Source: Alphaproteobacteria bacterium
GTDB taxonomy: Bacteria > Pseudomonadota > Alphaproteobacteria > Bin95
Length of the DNA: 64,000 nt
Direction of reading: 5' to 3'
NCBI GenBank assembly: GCA_965660545.1
Contig: CBFIAF010000020.1
Span: 97-64,096, forward strand
Below the pieces are notes generated by a model. That model was not told where the DNA came from. It ran no database searches and saw only the letters and a list, made by a program, of their open reading frames with translations. This document shows positions 40,528 through 49,602 of the stretch, one piece after another (position 1 is the stretch's first letter; every line of letters starts with the position of its first letter). The position numbers were made by a program, and so were the translations under genes.

Positions 40528-41304
40528 ATGCACCTTTGCATAATCACGACCTGCACAGCGGCCATTCTGACGCTTGCGCTCATTACTATGCCTACAATGG
40601 CACAGCAGCGGAGCGGTCTCAGCCAGACGCCTACGGCAGAGCAAGTTAGCAATGCAAAGACAACGCTTATTGCCGAAGCACCGCCACTCACTTACCGAGC
40701 GCTGCTTCCGGTCCCCACGGCGCGAGTCGCCCAGGCTCCGGTCCGGTTTAACGCTGAACCTGCTGAGAAACCTTGGCACTCGGATATCTGGTTCGGCGCT
40801 CTCAACCCTGGCGATTTCACTGAAAGCATTATCGACCCTGCCAGTACGACGATAGAAGATAGAAAGATTGTCGGCTTCATCGTCGGGCGGAAATTATTTG
40901 ATCTGGGTTATGGCTTCAGTTTTGGGCTGGGTTTGCTCGGGGCCCACCGGATTGATGAAGGTGGCGTCGAGATCAGCATACCAATGACCATAACATTTGA
41001 CGGTTTTCCATGGCGGGAGCGGCTGTCAACAAAGCTCGCCATATCCGTCGGCCCGTCCTTTATTTCCGAAATTACGCCAACGGAAAAGCGCAAAGACGAT
41101 GACAATGAAGGCTCTAAGCTCCTGAACATGTTCTCGCCTGAAATTGAATTTGGCGTACCCGATACGGACTGGTCTGGCTTCTTTCGCCTACATCACCGCA
41201 GTGGCATATTTGGACTGATAGATTATGTCTCCGGCGGGTCTACCTATTTCACCTTCGGCATTCGCCATCGCTTCGGTCTTGGCGATGAGCTGCCCTGGAA
41301 ATAG
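40528..41304 (+). CDS. Outer-membrane beta-barrel protein, possibly acyloxyacyl hydrolase (PagL-like)
   Basis: Signal peptide ending in TMAQQ, alternating beta-strand pattern, LHHRSGIFG near the C-terminus (resembles the PagL HxS(N/G) catalytic context), and an aromatic-rich terminal strand. Confidence 0.45.
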   Translation: MHLCIITTCTAAILTLALITMPTMAQQRSGLSQTPTAEQVSNAKTTLIAEAPPLTYRALLPVPTARVAQAPVRFNAEPAEKPWHSDIWFGALNPGDFTESIIDPASTTIEDRKIVGFIVGRKLFDLGYGFSFGLGLLGAHRIDEGGVEISIPMTITFDGFPWRERLSTKLAISVGPSFISEITPTEKRKDDDNEGSKLLNMFSPEIEFGVPDTDWSGFFRLHHRSGIFGLIDYVSGGSTYFTFGIRHRFGLGDELPWK

Positions 41305-41316
41305 TGCACGCACCAA

Positions 41317-41663
41317 TTAGCTTTTCTCCTGGGTCCAGACAGCGATTTCGTTGCCGCCTTATTCTCTGAATTAGAACCCGCAGCCGCCACGAAACTCAAA
41401 AATCTCTTGGCTGATTTCTGCACTAGCGTCCTTCACGACAGTTAACATTGCCTCCAGATCATCCGCTTCTAGACCAACCAAGGCGCTCTGAGTTCAGCCT
41501 TTTCGATACCAGCCCCGATTCCAGCGCCCTGAACGCCTCGATAATTATCCCCGAAATTAATGAACTCCTAGCCGAATGCTTTCGCAAAGAAAGTTTGAGT
41601 TTTTTCGACCGCTGGAGAGGCTAACTCAACGTAGTTGATGCCAATTTTCTGTTGCCTAGGCAT
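41317..41663 (-). pseudogene. VOC/glyoxalase-fold protein, inactivated
   Basis: Reads MPRQQKIGINYVELASPAVEKTQTFFAKAFG, then TAG (41568-70) where homologues usually have Trp. Further stops and a frameshift follow, and the family-like end GNEIAVWTQEKS survives in another frame. Confidence 0.62.
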
Positions 41664-41701
41664 ATGGGTTTTCCTGAAATCGAGAATGAACCACTAAGCC
41701 G

Positions 41702-42835
41702 CTAAAGCACTGGCAGTTCACGCGCCGCCCGTTCGGACAGCAATTGTGGTCCGCCATCAGTGATGACGATATTTTCCTCGTGAACCATGATTTTTCCAGA
41801 ACTGGTGGTCAAGCTTGGCTCTAAAGTTATGACCATACCGGGTGCGAGGATCGTTTCATCAAAGCCGATCAGCGACGGTGGTTCGGTCAGCTGCATGCCA
41901 AGACCGTGTCCGAAGCGGCCCACGTCACTTGCACCTTGGCCGATGATCGTGGTCATCGCCTGAAATACCTCCGCGGCGCGCGCGCCTGGATGTGCAGCTT
42001 GCAGCCCCGCCTCTGTGGCCTCCCATAGCGTGCCGTAAGCAATGCGCGCGGCATCAGTGGCCTGGCCAATAGCAAAATTCCGATCGAAGTCTGCGAAGTA
42101 GCCTTTAAGGCTCGCACCTGTGTCGAGCATCAGCACGTCCCCAGACCGCAACGGCGTGTCATCTGGCGGTGAGATCACATCGCAGTACCCACCCTCGCCT
42201 GCCCCCCCAACAAGGTAAGGCACATTCTCTGCACCAGCTTTGAGCAAGGCGATCTTAAATGCACGGAACGCTTCGGTGAGCGGTTGTCCTTCGTGAAACA
42301 AAGATGGTGCCTGGGAAAATGCCGATGACGTGATCCGGCAGATCTCCTTGATCCGGGCGATCTCCGCCGGAGATTTGACCATACGAAGACGCTGAAACAA
42401 GGGGCTGGCGTCTAAGAACATTGCCCCGGAGCATCTGGCCCTAAGCTTCTCGAAATCCGCCAAGGGCATCCGGAGGCTGCTTTCGCGTCCCATGGGCATG
42501 CCAATCAGACGGGCGGTACGAAGCGCATCACTTAGCAGCGAAAGGCCGTCGTCTGTTGCGTGGGGGGAAGCCCAGGTGCGGATATCTTCCACCCAGGTCT
42601 TGCGCATAAGCGCTGTGCCAATTTCAGGAATAATCGCAATGGGCTTGCCGTCCTTTAGCAAAACAACGAACCAAGGTCGCGTGGGGCTTTGCCAGAAGGC
42701 CGAGCGGAAGCCGGTGAAGTAGCGAACTTCGGCTTCTGTCGTTAGCAGTAGCGCATCGATACCGGCAGCATGCATCGCCTTTTGAGCATTGGCGACGCGC
42801 GCTTCGAACTCAGCTGGCGGGAAGTCCGCCGTCAC
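41702..42835 (-). CDS. M24-family metallopeptidase (Xaa-Pro aminopeptidase/creatinase-like)
   Basis: 377 aa. A creatinase-type N-domain is followed by a pita-bread fold with DTGASLKGYFADFDR, HGLGMQLTEPP and EENIVIT. Confidence 0.83.
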   Translation of the reverse strand: MTADFPPAEFEARVANAQKAMHAAGIDALLLTTEAEVRYFTGFRSAFWQSPTRPWFVVLLKDGKPIAIIPEIGTALMRKTWVEDIRTWASPHATDDGLSLLSDALRTARLIGMPMGRESSLRMPLADFEKLRARCSGAMFLDASPLFQRLRMVKSPAEIARIKEICRITSSAFSQAPSLFHEGQPLTEAFRAFKIALLKAGAENVPYLVGGAGEGGYCDVISPPDDTPLRSGDVLMLDTGASLKGYFADFDRNFAIGQATDAARIAYGTLWEATEAGLQAAHPGARAAEVFQAMTTIIGQGASDVGRFGHGLGMQLTEPPSLIGFDETILAPGMVITLEPSLTTSSGKIMVHEENIVITDGGPQLLSERAARELPVL

Positions 42836-43599
42836 ACGCGGCCTGCGGATACGCCGCCGTCAACCATATAAACGCCGCCGGTGGAAAAGCTGGCGTCATC
42901 GCTGGCCAAGAACAGCATCATCCGCGCCACTTCTTCTGGTTGGCCATAGCGCTTCAACGGCGTGCCTTGAGCAAGTGGGAAATTCTGGCGGTCAGCATTC
43001 GTGACGCCGTTCATATCTTCCATCTTGTCCATCATTGGTGTGGCGATGGGGGATGGGTTGACCGTGTTCACACGGATATTGTGCGCCGCCCCTTCCAATG
43101 CCGCCGTCCGCATCAAGCCAATCACGGCATGCTTGGACGTAGTATAGGCGGCCAACCCCGGCAAAGCACGAATACCCGCTGTGGAAGACGTGATAACGAT
43201 GCTGCCGCCAGATGCCTCCATAGCTGGCATCGTGTGCTTCAGGCCAAGGAACACACCCCGCACATTAACGGCCAGCACTTTATCGAAAAGCTCGAGATCA
43301 TAATCGACGGTCGGCCTGATATTGCCGACAATGCCTGCGTTCAGCAGCGCCGCATCCAGGCCGCCAAACTGATCAAGCGTCGCCGCAACGATATCGCGGC
43401 TGGCGTCATCCTGAGAGACATCGGCCACCATGTGGGCAGCACCAAGCTCAGATGCGAGTGCGGACAATGGTGCCTCATCAACATCCACAAGCATGAGATT
43501 AGCACCTTCCGCATTAAACAGCCGCGCCGCCGTGGCACCGATGCCAGCCGGTGCGCTAGCGCCAGTGATTATTGCTGTTTTGCCCGAAAGCTTGCCCAT
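42832..43599 (-). CDS. Short-chain dehydrogenase/reductase (SDR)
   Basis: The TGASAPAGIG Rossmann motif, NAGI and catalytic YTTSKHAV are present. It overlaps the downstream gene by 4 nt. Confidence 0.9.
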   Translation of the reverse strand: MGKLSGKTAIITGASAPAGIGATAARLFNAEGANLMLVDVDEAPLSALASELGAAHMVADVSQDDASRDIVAATLDQFGGLDAALLNAGIVGNIRPTVDYDLELFDKVLAVNVRGVFLGLKHTMPAMEASGGSIVITSSTAGIRALPGLAAYTTSKHAVIGLMRTAALEGAAHNIRVNTVNPSPIATPMMDKMEDMNGVTNADRQNFPLAQGTPLKRYGQPEEVARMMLFLASDDASFSTGGVYMVDGGVSAGRV

Positions 43600-43611
43600 A
43601 TTGCTTCCCCT

Positions 43612-44949
43612 CTATTTCCAATCGCCGAGCGTTGCCTTTGGCAATCCCAGATGATCACGGAGCGTCGATCCGGCGTATTCTTTGCGATACAGGCCCCGTC
43701 GTTGCAATTCCGGCACCACATGATCAACAAAGTCCTCGAATGATCCGGGTAAAACGGATGGCCCGATGACGAAGCCATCGCACGCTGGTGATGTGAACCA
43801 TTCTTCCATGATGTCGGCTATTTCTTTCGGCCCGCCGACCCAGGCATGGTTCAAGCGTCCACGCTGCGTCAGATTCATAAAGTCGCGCGGGGTTGGATTG
43901 GCGACGCCCTGCTGCACGACCCTATCCCTGAGCGCCTGGATGCCAGACAGGCCTTCCATATCCTCGTCCGTAAAAGACTCATCCATGCCCTTTTGGCCAA
44001 AGTCATAGTTCAGGCCTTCTGACAGCAGTGAGAGCTGGTCTGTTTCATTCGGCAATGTGTCGTAGAAGGCGCGCTTGTCTTCGGCTTCCATCTTAGTCGC
44101 AGCGGCAACGGGGAAGCCCAGCGCCGCAATTTTGAAGTCATCTGGATTGCGGCCATTAGCGGCGCAGGCGACTTTCAGGCTGTCATAATTGCGCTTAGCG
44201 ATGTCGAACGTCGGGAACGCCGTGAAAAGTAGTTCCCCCCAACGTGCTGCAAACTTTTGCCCTCGCCCACTGGCACCCGCCTGAATAACGACAGGGCGGC
44301 CTTGGACTGAGCGCGGCACGGTGAACGGTCCCCGTGTCCTGTAGAATTCGCCCTCATGATCAAGCCTGCGGACGCTACCTGGCTTTGCGAATACGCTGTT
44401 GGCTTTATCGAGGATGATCGCATCATCATCCCAACTGTCCCAAAGGCCGAGCGCGGCTTCCATGAAATCGTCAGCCCGATCATACCGGTCATCATGGGCG
44501 ATAACTTTATCCCGGCCCATATTGCGCGCTTCGTTGTCATTCACAGACGTCACTACGTTCCAGGCGGCCCGACCTTTGGTCATCAGATCGAGTGTCTGGA
44601 ACAAGCGGGCGACGTAAAATGGCTCGTGGTATGTAGTGGAGAATGTAGCACCGAGGCCCAGCCGCTCTGTCGCCATCGCCATCGCCATCAAGACGGCAAC
44701 GGGGTCCATTTTTACAGCACGGATGCCATGTTCAATCGTGTGGGCATGATCACCGGTGTACATATCCGGCATGGCAAGACGGTCGTCAAAGAAGCCAATG
44801 TCGAATTTACCGCGCTCCAGCACGCGGCCGATGTGTTGATAATACTCAGGCGAGGTGAAATCCGCCCTCGCCTCCGGGTGGCGCCATGCGGCAGGGATCG
44901 TCGTGCAGTTCTGCGCTTGCAGAAACGCGACCAAGTGAATTTGACGCAT
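43612..44949 (-). CDS. LLM-class flavin-dependent monooxygenase (NtaA/SnaA/DszA subgroup)
   Basis: 445 aa. Begins MRQIHLVAFLQAQNCTTIPAAWRHPEA and has the length and insertion pattern of the NtaA/DszA group. Confidence 0.85.
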   Translation of the reverse strand: MRQIHLVAFLQAQNCTTIPAAWRHPEARADFTSPEYYQHIGRVLERGKFDIGFFDDRLAMPDMYTGDHAHTIEHGIRAVKMDPVAVLMAMAMATERLGLGATFSTTYHEPFYVARLFQTLDLMTKGRAAWNVVTSVNDNEARNMGRDKVIAHDDRYDRADDFMEAALGLWDSWDDDAIILDKANSVFAKPGSVRRLDHEGEFYRTRGPFTVPRSVQGRPVVIQAGASGRGQKFAARWGELLFTAFPTFDIAKRNYDSLKVACAANGRNPDDFKIAALGFPVAAATKMEAEDKRAFYDTLPNETDQLSLLSEGLNYDFGQKGMDESFTDEDMEGLSGIQALRDRVVQQGVANPTPRDFMNLTQRGRLNHAWVGGPKEIADIMEEWFTSPACDGFVIGPSVLPGSFEDFVDHVVPELQRRGLYRKEYAGSTLRDHLGLPKATLGDWK

Positions 44950-45035
44950 AGTTCAGCCCTCAGTAAATTCATGGCAATGAAGCCAAGTTTCGGCTGCAAG
45001 GCTGGACCGGTCAACCGCTGCCAGAGTTCAGTGTA

Positions 45036-45355
45036 TTAGCGAATACGGCAGCCAGACTTACCGCGATTATCCCGAGCGTCCTCGACATAGTGTTTCACTT
45101 GCCGAAGGTCGGGGCGGTGCCGTGCATCACAGCGAGTAACAACACGTTTCGCCAAAAACCGCGGAAAATCGCCCCTATCCGCCCAAGCATCAATCCACGC
45201 ACGCGTCCGCTGCTGATCTAAAAGACAACTATCAGCCTTTTCAGCTGCACCAGCGACACAGAATGACCGCGCCTAATCAATATTAATACGCTGGCAGTTG
45301 CAGCAACTGGCACTGAAGAAATAGTAGCGGCAAGCAGGATTGGTTTGATAGCCAT
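45036..45355 (-). pseudogene. Possible small secreted Cys-containing protein, frameshifted
   Basis: AGGAGG lies 7 nt upstream of ATG 45355 and gives a signal-like MAIKPILLAATISSVPVAATASV. A different frame is then open for 78 codons (45039-45272) but has no ATG. Together they would make a protein of about 105 aa if 1 nt is shifted near 45272-45290. Confidence 0.25.
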
Positions 45356-45405
45356 GGGACGTCCTCCTGCAGCAAACCATGGGTGCGGCCACACCGCCCG
45401 CCAAT

Positions 45406-45439
45406 ACAAAAACGGCCCGGAACGTGAGTTCCGGGCCGC
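45406..45439 (-). terminator. Rho-independent terminator after the BI-1 family gene
   Basis: On the minus strand, GGCCCGGAAC-TCAC-GTTCCGGGCC forms a perfect 10-bp stem, followed by GTTTTTGT. Confidence 0.78.
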
Positions 45440-45464
45440 AATCTCCGTCACAACTGCGTAAAGT

Positions 45465-46193
45465 CTATTCGCGATTTCCGAAGAACGATAGCAGAAACAT
45501 GAAGATGTTGACGAAGTTAATGTAGAGCCCAACCGCGCCCATCACCGCAAGCTTGCCTGCAAGCTCATAACCATGGTTGACATGGTATTCTTCCTTAATG
45601 CGCTGAGTGTCCCAGGCTGTCAGGCCCGTGAAGATCGCCACACCAAGGGCGGAGATAGCGTAGTGCATCACCGGGCTCTGCATGAAAATATTCACGATCA
45701 TGGCGATAAACAGGCCTATCATGCCCATAAAGAGGAAAGAGCCCATTTTAGCCAGATCACGTTTGGTCGTGTACCCATAGAGGCTGGTAGCAGCGAACAT
45801 GCTCGCCGTGATGAAGAAGACCTTCGCTATCGATCCGCTGGTGTAGACCAGGAATATGGATGAGAGCGAAAGTCCCATCACAGCTGCAAACGCCCAGAAC
45901 ACGACCTGCAGCGTGGCAAAGCTCATTTTATTTATACCGAAGTTCATCGCCAGGATGAACGCGAATGGCGCGAAGGCCAGCACCCAACGCAGCGGCGTGC
46001 CATAAATAATCTGCACCATTTCTGGTGAAGTTGTTAAGTATGAGGCAAAGCCGTATGCGACGACGCCTGTAAGCACCAACCCAGCGCACATGTAGTTATA
46101 CACGCGCAGCATGTGCGAGCGGAGGCCAATGTCATATTCTGTTTCAATAGCACCTGCGCCGCTTCGGATGTAGCCACGGTCTTGGAGAGCCAT
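45465..46193 (-). CDS. Bax-inhibitor-1/YccA family membrane protein
   Basis: 242 aa, 7 TM helices, with the LRVYNYM start region and a charged C-terminal tail typical of the family. Confidence 0.85.
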   Translation of the reverse strand: MALQDRGYIRSGAGAIETEYDIGLRSHMLRVYNYMCAGLVLTGVVAYGFASYLTTSPEMVQIIYGTPLRWVLAFAPFAFILAMNFGINKMSFATLQVVFWAFAAVMGLSLSSIFLVYTSGSIAKVFFITASMFAATSLYGYTTKRDLAKMGSFLFMGMIGLFIAMIVNIFMQSPVMHYAISALGVAIFTGLTAWDTQRIKEEYHVNHGYELAGKLAVMGAVGLYINFVNIFMFLLSFFGNRE

Positions 46194-46351
46194 TCCCTGT
46201 TCCCCTTGGAATTAATTGAGTTTCGCGAAGAGTGAGACCACTTCAGAGCACACTTGATAGGCCCCGAGCAGATATTCAACACATTACTTCATAAGACGTC
46301 GTTGTTCTAGCACCCAAATTCAAGGGGTGCAGTGGCAATGATGGCGGATAT

Positions 46352-48046
46352 TTATAGACGCACCACGTGAACCGAAACCTGAGGCCGTTTACCCGTTTCG
46401 CGCCGCAACACGCGGCGGAGCGCCGTCCGTGCGGCTTCGTGCACGGGATCATCCTTTTTGCGATCGCCTGGTTTCATCGCGGCAATGGCGTCATCGACAC
46501 TTTCTTCAATCACATCGAGCATATCGTCATCATCAGCGGCATCGAGACCGGAGAGCGTGACCATGCTATCAGCGGCGAGACGCCCGCGATCATCCAGTAC
46601 GACCGTAATATGCGCCATGCCTTCGATCTTCATACGCCGACGCTCCCGCAGCGCGTCGCCGTCCAACGCAACAGGCGTTTTGCCATCAAGACCAACCCGG
46701 CCGATCTTAACATCCGCAACTTTCTTGAAGTCGCCACCGGCGAGGCGCACCACATGGCCATTGAACGCGACCATGCTTTCCGGGACGCCGCAATCTTTTG
46801 CAAACGCAGCATGGGCGATCAGGTGACGCCCCTCGCCATGAGCAGGTAACAATCGCTCTGGCTTTAGTAATTCATAAAGACACTTGATCTCGTCCTGTGC
46901 CGGATGACCGGATACATGGATATCTTCCATGGTGGCCGTAATCACCTCAATGCCAGATTCAATCAACCGGTTCTGCAAGCGGCCAATCGCTTTTTCATTG
47001 CCCGGAATGTCCCGGCTGGAGAAGCAGACTGTATCTCCCCACTCCAGGTTCAGATGCCGATGCTGGCCATCTGCGATCCTGTGCAAAGCCGCGCGCGGCT
47101 CGCCCTGGCTGCCAGTGCAGATAGCGACCATCTTACCGCGCGGCAGATAACCGACGTCATTTTCCTGCAGGAAATCCGGCAAACCGTCCAAATATCCAAG
47201 CCCGCCTGCGACGCCGTGCATCCGCCAGAGCGAACGTCCCACAAGTCCAATATCGCGCCCCGCAGCCTGGGCTGCTTCCGCCACCGTATAAAGCCGCGCA
47301 ACGTTGGAGGAGAAGCAGGCAAAGATCACACGGTTCTTGCGGGACTTGATCAATTCCTCAATCGGCTGCTTCAGGCTGCTTTCGCTTCCGGTCCAGCCTT
47401 CGCGGAGCACATTCGTTGAATCGCATACAAGGGCAGCAACGCCTTCTTCCCCCAGCTTGGCCAGCGCTTCGGCATCTGGCTTTGGGCCGATAACCGGGCC
47501 GTCATCCATTTTCCAATCACCCGAATGGATGACCATGCCCGCGTTCGTGCGGATAGCAACAAGGTTTGCCTCCGGGATCGAATGCGGCATAGGCACCATT
47601 TGGATATTGAATGGCGCAATCTTTTTGGCACCCGGGGTTTTGATCTCAATGATCTTTACCTTGCGCTTAGCCCCCGCGCCGCCATCATCTTCCAGCTTCT
47701 TGCGCAGAAATGCAGCCGCGAAGGGAGATGCATAGACAGGGCATTTGAAGCGACCTGCAAGATAAGGCACAGCCCCAATATGATCTTCGTGGGCATGGGT
47801 AATCAAAACACCGACCAGTTCGTCGCCAAGCGCTTCGATGGCGCTGATATCTGGCACAATCACGTCAACGCCCGGCGTTTCTTCGTCACCAAAGGTCACG
47901 CCCATATCAACCGCGAGCCATTTGCCAGCATGGCCGTAAAGCGCAAGGTTCATTCCAATTTCGCCCAGCCCACCCAAAGCGGCGAATAGCACTTCGTCCT
48001 TAGTCGGGACAGGAAGATCGGCAGTCGGCTGGTTTGGATCGGTCAC
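46352..48046 (-). CDS. rnj: Ribonuclease J
   Basis: 564 aa. It has the metallo-beta-lactamase motif [14 protein letters not shown] and a beta-CASP region. It occupies the nuoN-birA-coaX-rnj position conserved in alphaproteobacteria. Confidence 0.88.
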   Translation of the reverse strand: MTDPNQPTADLPVPTKDEVLFAALGGLGEIGMNLALYGHAGKWLAVDMGVTFGDEETPGVDVIVPDISAIEALGDELVGVLITHAHEDHIGAVPYLAGRFKCPVYASPFAAAFLRKKLEDDGGAGAKRKVKIIEIKTPGAKKIAPFNIQMVPMPHSIPEANLVAIRTNAGMVIHSGDWKMDDGPVIGPKPDAEALAKLGEEGVAALVCDSTNVLREGWTGSESSLKQPIEELIKSRKNRVIFACFSSNVARLYTVAEAAQAAGRDIGLVGRSLWRMHGVAGGLGYLDGLPDFLQENDVGYLPRGKMVAICTGSQGEPRAALHRIADGQHRHLNLEWGDTVCFSSRDIPGNEKAIGRLQNRLIESGIEVITATMEDIHVSGHPAQDEIKCLYELLKPERLLPAHGEGRHLIAHAAFAKDCGVPESMVAFNGHVVRLAGGDFKKVADVKIGRVGLDGKTPVALDGDALRERRRMKIEGMAHITVVLDDRGRLAADSMVTLSGLDAADDDDMLDVIEESVDDAIAAMKPGDRKKDDPVHEAARTALRRVLRRETGKRPQVSVHVVRL

Positions 48047-48816
48047 TTGGCATTCCGTCTGTATAATTCAAGAAGGCCGCGCAATGTGAGGTCGCGGTCA
48101 ATGGCGTAGATAACATCTGTGGCGCTATGGAAAAGCGGTGCCAGCCCACCCGTCGCGATGGCGCGCAGATCTGGCTCGCCGCGTTCCTCACGGATACGCG
48201 CAACCAAGCCTTCGATTAAGGAGAGGTAACCGTAAAAAATTCCAGACTGCATGGCTTCCACCGTGCCGCCGCCCACTACATGGGCCGGTTGACGGACAGC
48301 GACAAGGGGCAGCTTGGCCGCGGCCATATGCAATGCTTCCATGGAAAGGTTAGCGCCAGGCGCGATGATGCCACCCACATAATTCCCATCGCCATCAATC
48401 ACATCGAATGTGGTGGCTGTGCCGAAATCAATGAGGATAAGCGGACCACCATATTCGGACTTTGCGGCGAGAGCATTCACCAGCCTGTCAGCACCAACTT
48501 CGTTCGGATTATCGAGCAGGACCGTTATGCCAAGATCAACGCTAGGCTCGCCGACGACCAGGGCCTCAACATCAAAATACCGGGTGCAAAAGCGCGTCAG
48601 GTTGAACAGTGAGGCAGGTACAACGGTGGAGATGATCGCAGAATCGATATCACTGCGCTCCAGGCCCTCAACGGCCATAACCTGGGAAAGCCAGACGAAA
48701 TGCTCATCGGCAGTGCGGCGCGTATCAGTCGCGGCACGCCAGAGGCCCCTGCGTTCCTGACCATCATAAACGGCAAAAACGGTATTGGTATTGCCGGCGT
48801 CAATTGCGAGCAGCAT
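48043..48816 (-). CDS. coaX: Type III pantothenate kinase
   Basis: Begins [16 protein letters not shown] and carries DFGTATTFD, the ASKHA-fold motifs of CoaX. Confidence 0.92.
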   Translation of the reverse strand: MLLAIDAGNTNTVFAVYDGQERRGLWRAATDTRRTADEHFVWLSQVMAVEGLERSDIDSAIISTVVPASLFNLTRFCTRYFDVEALVVGEPSVDLGITVLLDNPNEVGADRLVNALAAKSEYGGPLILIDFGTATTFDVIDGDGNYVGGIIAPGANLSMEALHMAAAKLPLVAVRQPAHVVGGGTVEAMQSGIFYGYLSLIEGLVARIREERGEPDLRAIATGGLAPLFHSATDVIYAIDRDLTLRGLLELYRRNAK

Positions 48817-48819
48817 AGG

Positions 48820-49602
48820 TCAGGACCCTCTCGCCAAGGGAAAGACATCACCCGCTGAAACGCGCCGCTCAGCGCCATCAGCCAATTGGAGAACAAGCGC
48901 GCCATCTGCCCCTAAATCAAGGGCAACTCCCTCGACCGTTTCATTCGGCAGCCGTGCGACAACAGGTTTGCCAAGATCGCGAGCGCGGTCACGCCAGGCA
49001 TCGCGAATAGGCTCGAAGCCCTGAGTAAGCCATTGGCCAATCCAGTGATCAAGATGCGCTAAAAGCCGATCCGCGGCTTCTTCTGGCTGCAAACGCTTCC
49101 CGCCCGAACTTTCCAAATCAATCGCATGCGGTGCCGCGTCGTGCGATTGCGTTGCCAGATTAATGCCCATGCCCAGCACCAGCCAGTCAACCCGCCCATC
49201 AGCACCAGAAGCAGCCTCAGCCAGAATGCCCGAAAGCTTGCGATCCCCAATCAAGACGTCGTTTGGCCATTTGATGGTGAGGGGGGCTGTGGATGGCAGT
49301 ACTTCGCGCGCCAGATCATAGACAGCGAGCGCAGCCACAAACCCAGCAGCAGCGGCAGCGGCGGGCTTCAATTGCGGGCGCAGCAGTATGGAGAGCGCTA
49401 GGTCATTAACGCCGGTCGACCACGCGCGGCCGCTCCGCCCCCTACCAGCTGTTTGTTCGCGAGCGATAATAGCGTATCCGCCAGGCTCGCCAGCGCGGGC
49501 GCGTCTCGCGGCTTCAGCATTCGTGCTGTCTATACTGTCCCGGGTCTCAAGGCGCCAGTTGTTTGGGAGGAATTGGTCGCCGGTGGAGGTCTGGAGGCTC
49601 AA
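48820..49602 (-). CDS. birA: Biotin--[acetyl-CoA-carboxylase] ligase (no N-terminal HTH domain)
   Basis: 260 aa. QTAGRGRSGRAW and KWPNDV motifs are present. It overlaps the nuoN stop by 4 nt. Confidence 0.88.
   Translation of the reverse strand: MSLQTSTGDQFLPNNWRLETRDSIDSTNAEAARRARAGEPGGYAIIAREQTAGRGRSGRAWSTGVNDLALSILLRPQLKPAAAAAAGFVAALAVYDLAREVLPSTAPLTIKWPNDVLIGDRKLSGILAEAASGADGRVDWLVLGMGINLATQSHDAAPHAIDLESSGGKRLQPEEAADRLLAHLDHWIGQWLTQGFEPIRDAWRDRARDLGKPVVARLPNETVEGVALDLGADGALVLQLADGAERRVSAGDVFPLARGS

Noticed and set aside
42940-45039. 267-aa and 227-aa plus-strand ORFs opposite the SDR and LLM monooxygenase genes
   Set aside because: They are shadow ORFs. The minus-strand genes carry diagnostic motifs (TGxxxGIG/YxxxK, and the NtaA-type N-terminus).
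46310-46330. Hairpin GCACCC-N9-GGGTGC between rnj and the BI-1 gene, considered as a terminator
   Set aside because: No U-run follows on either strand, so I cannot support a terminator call.
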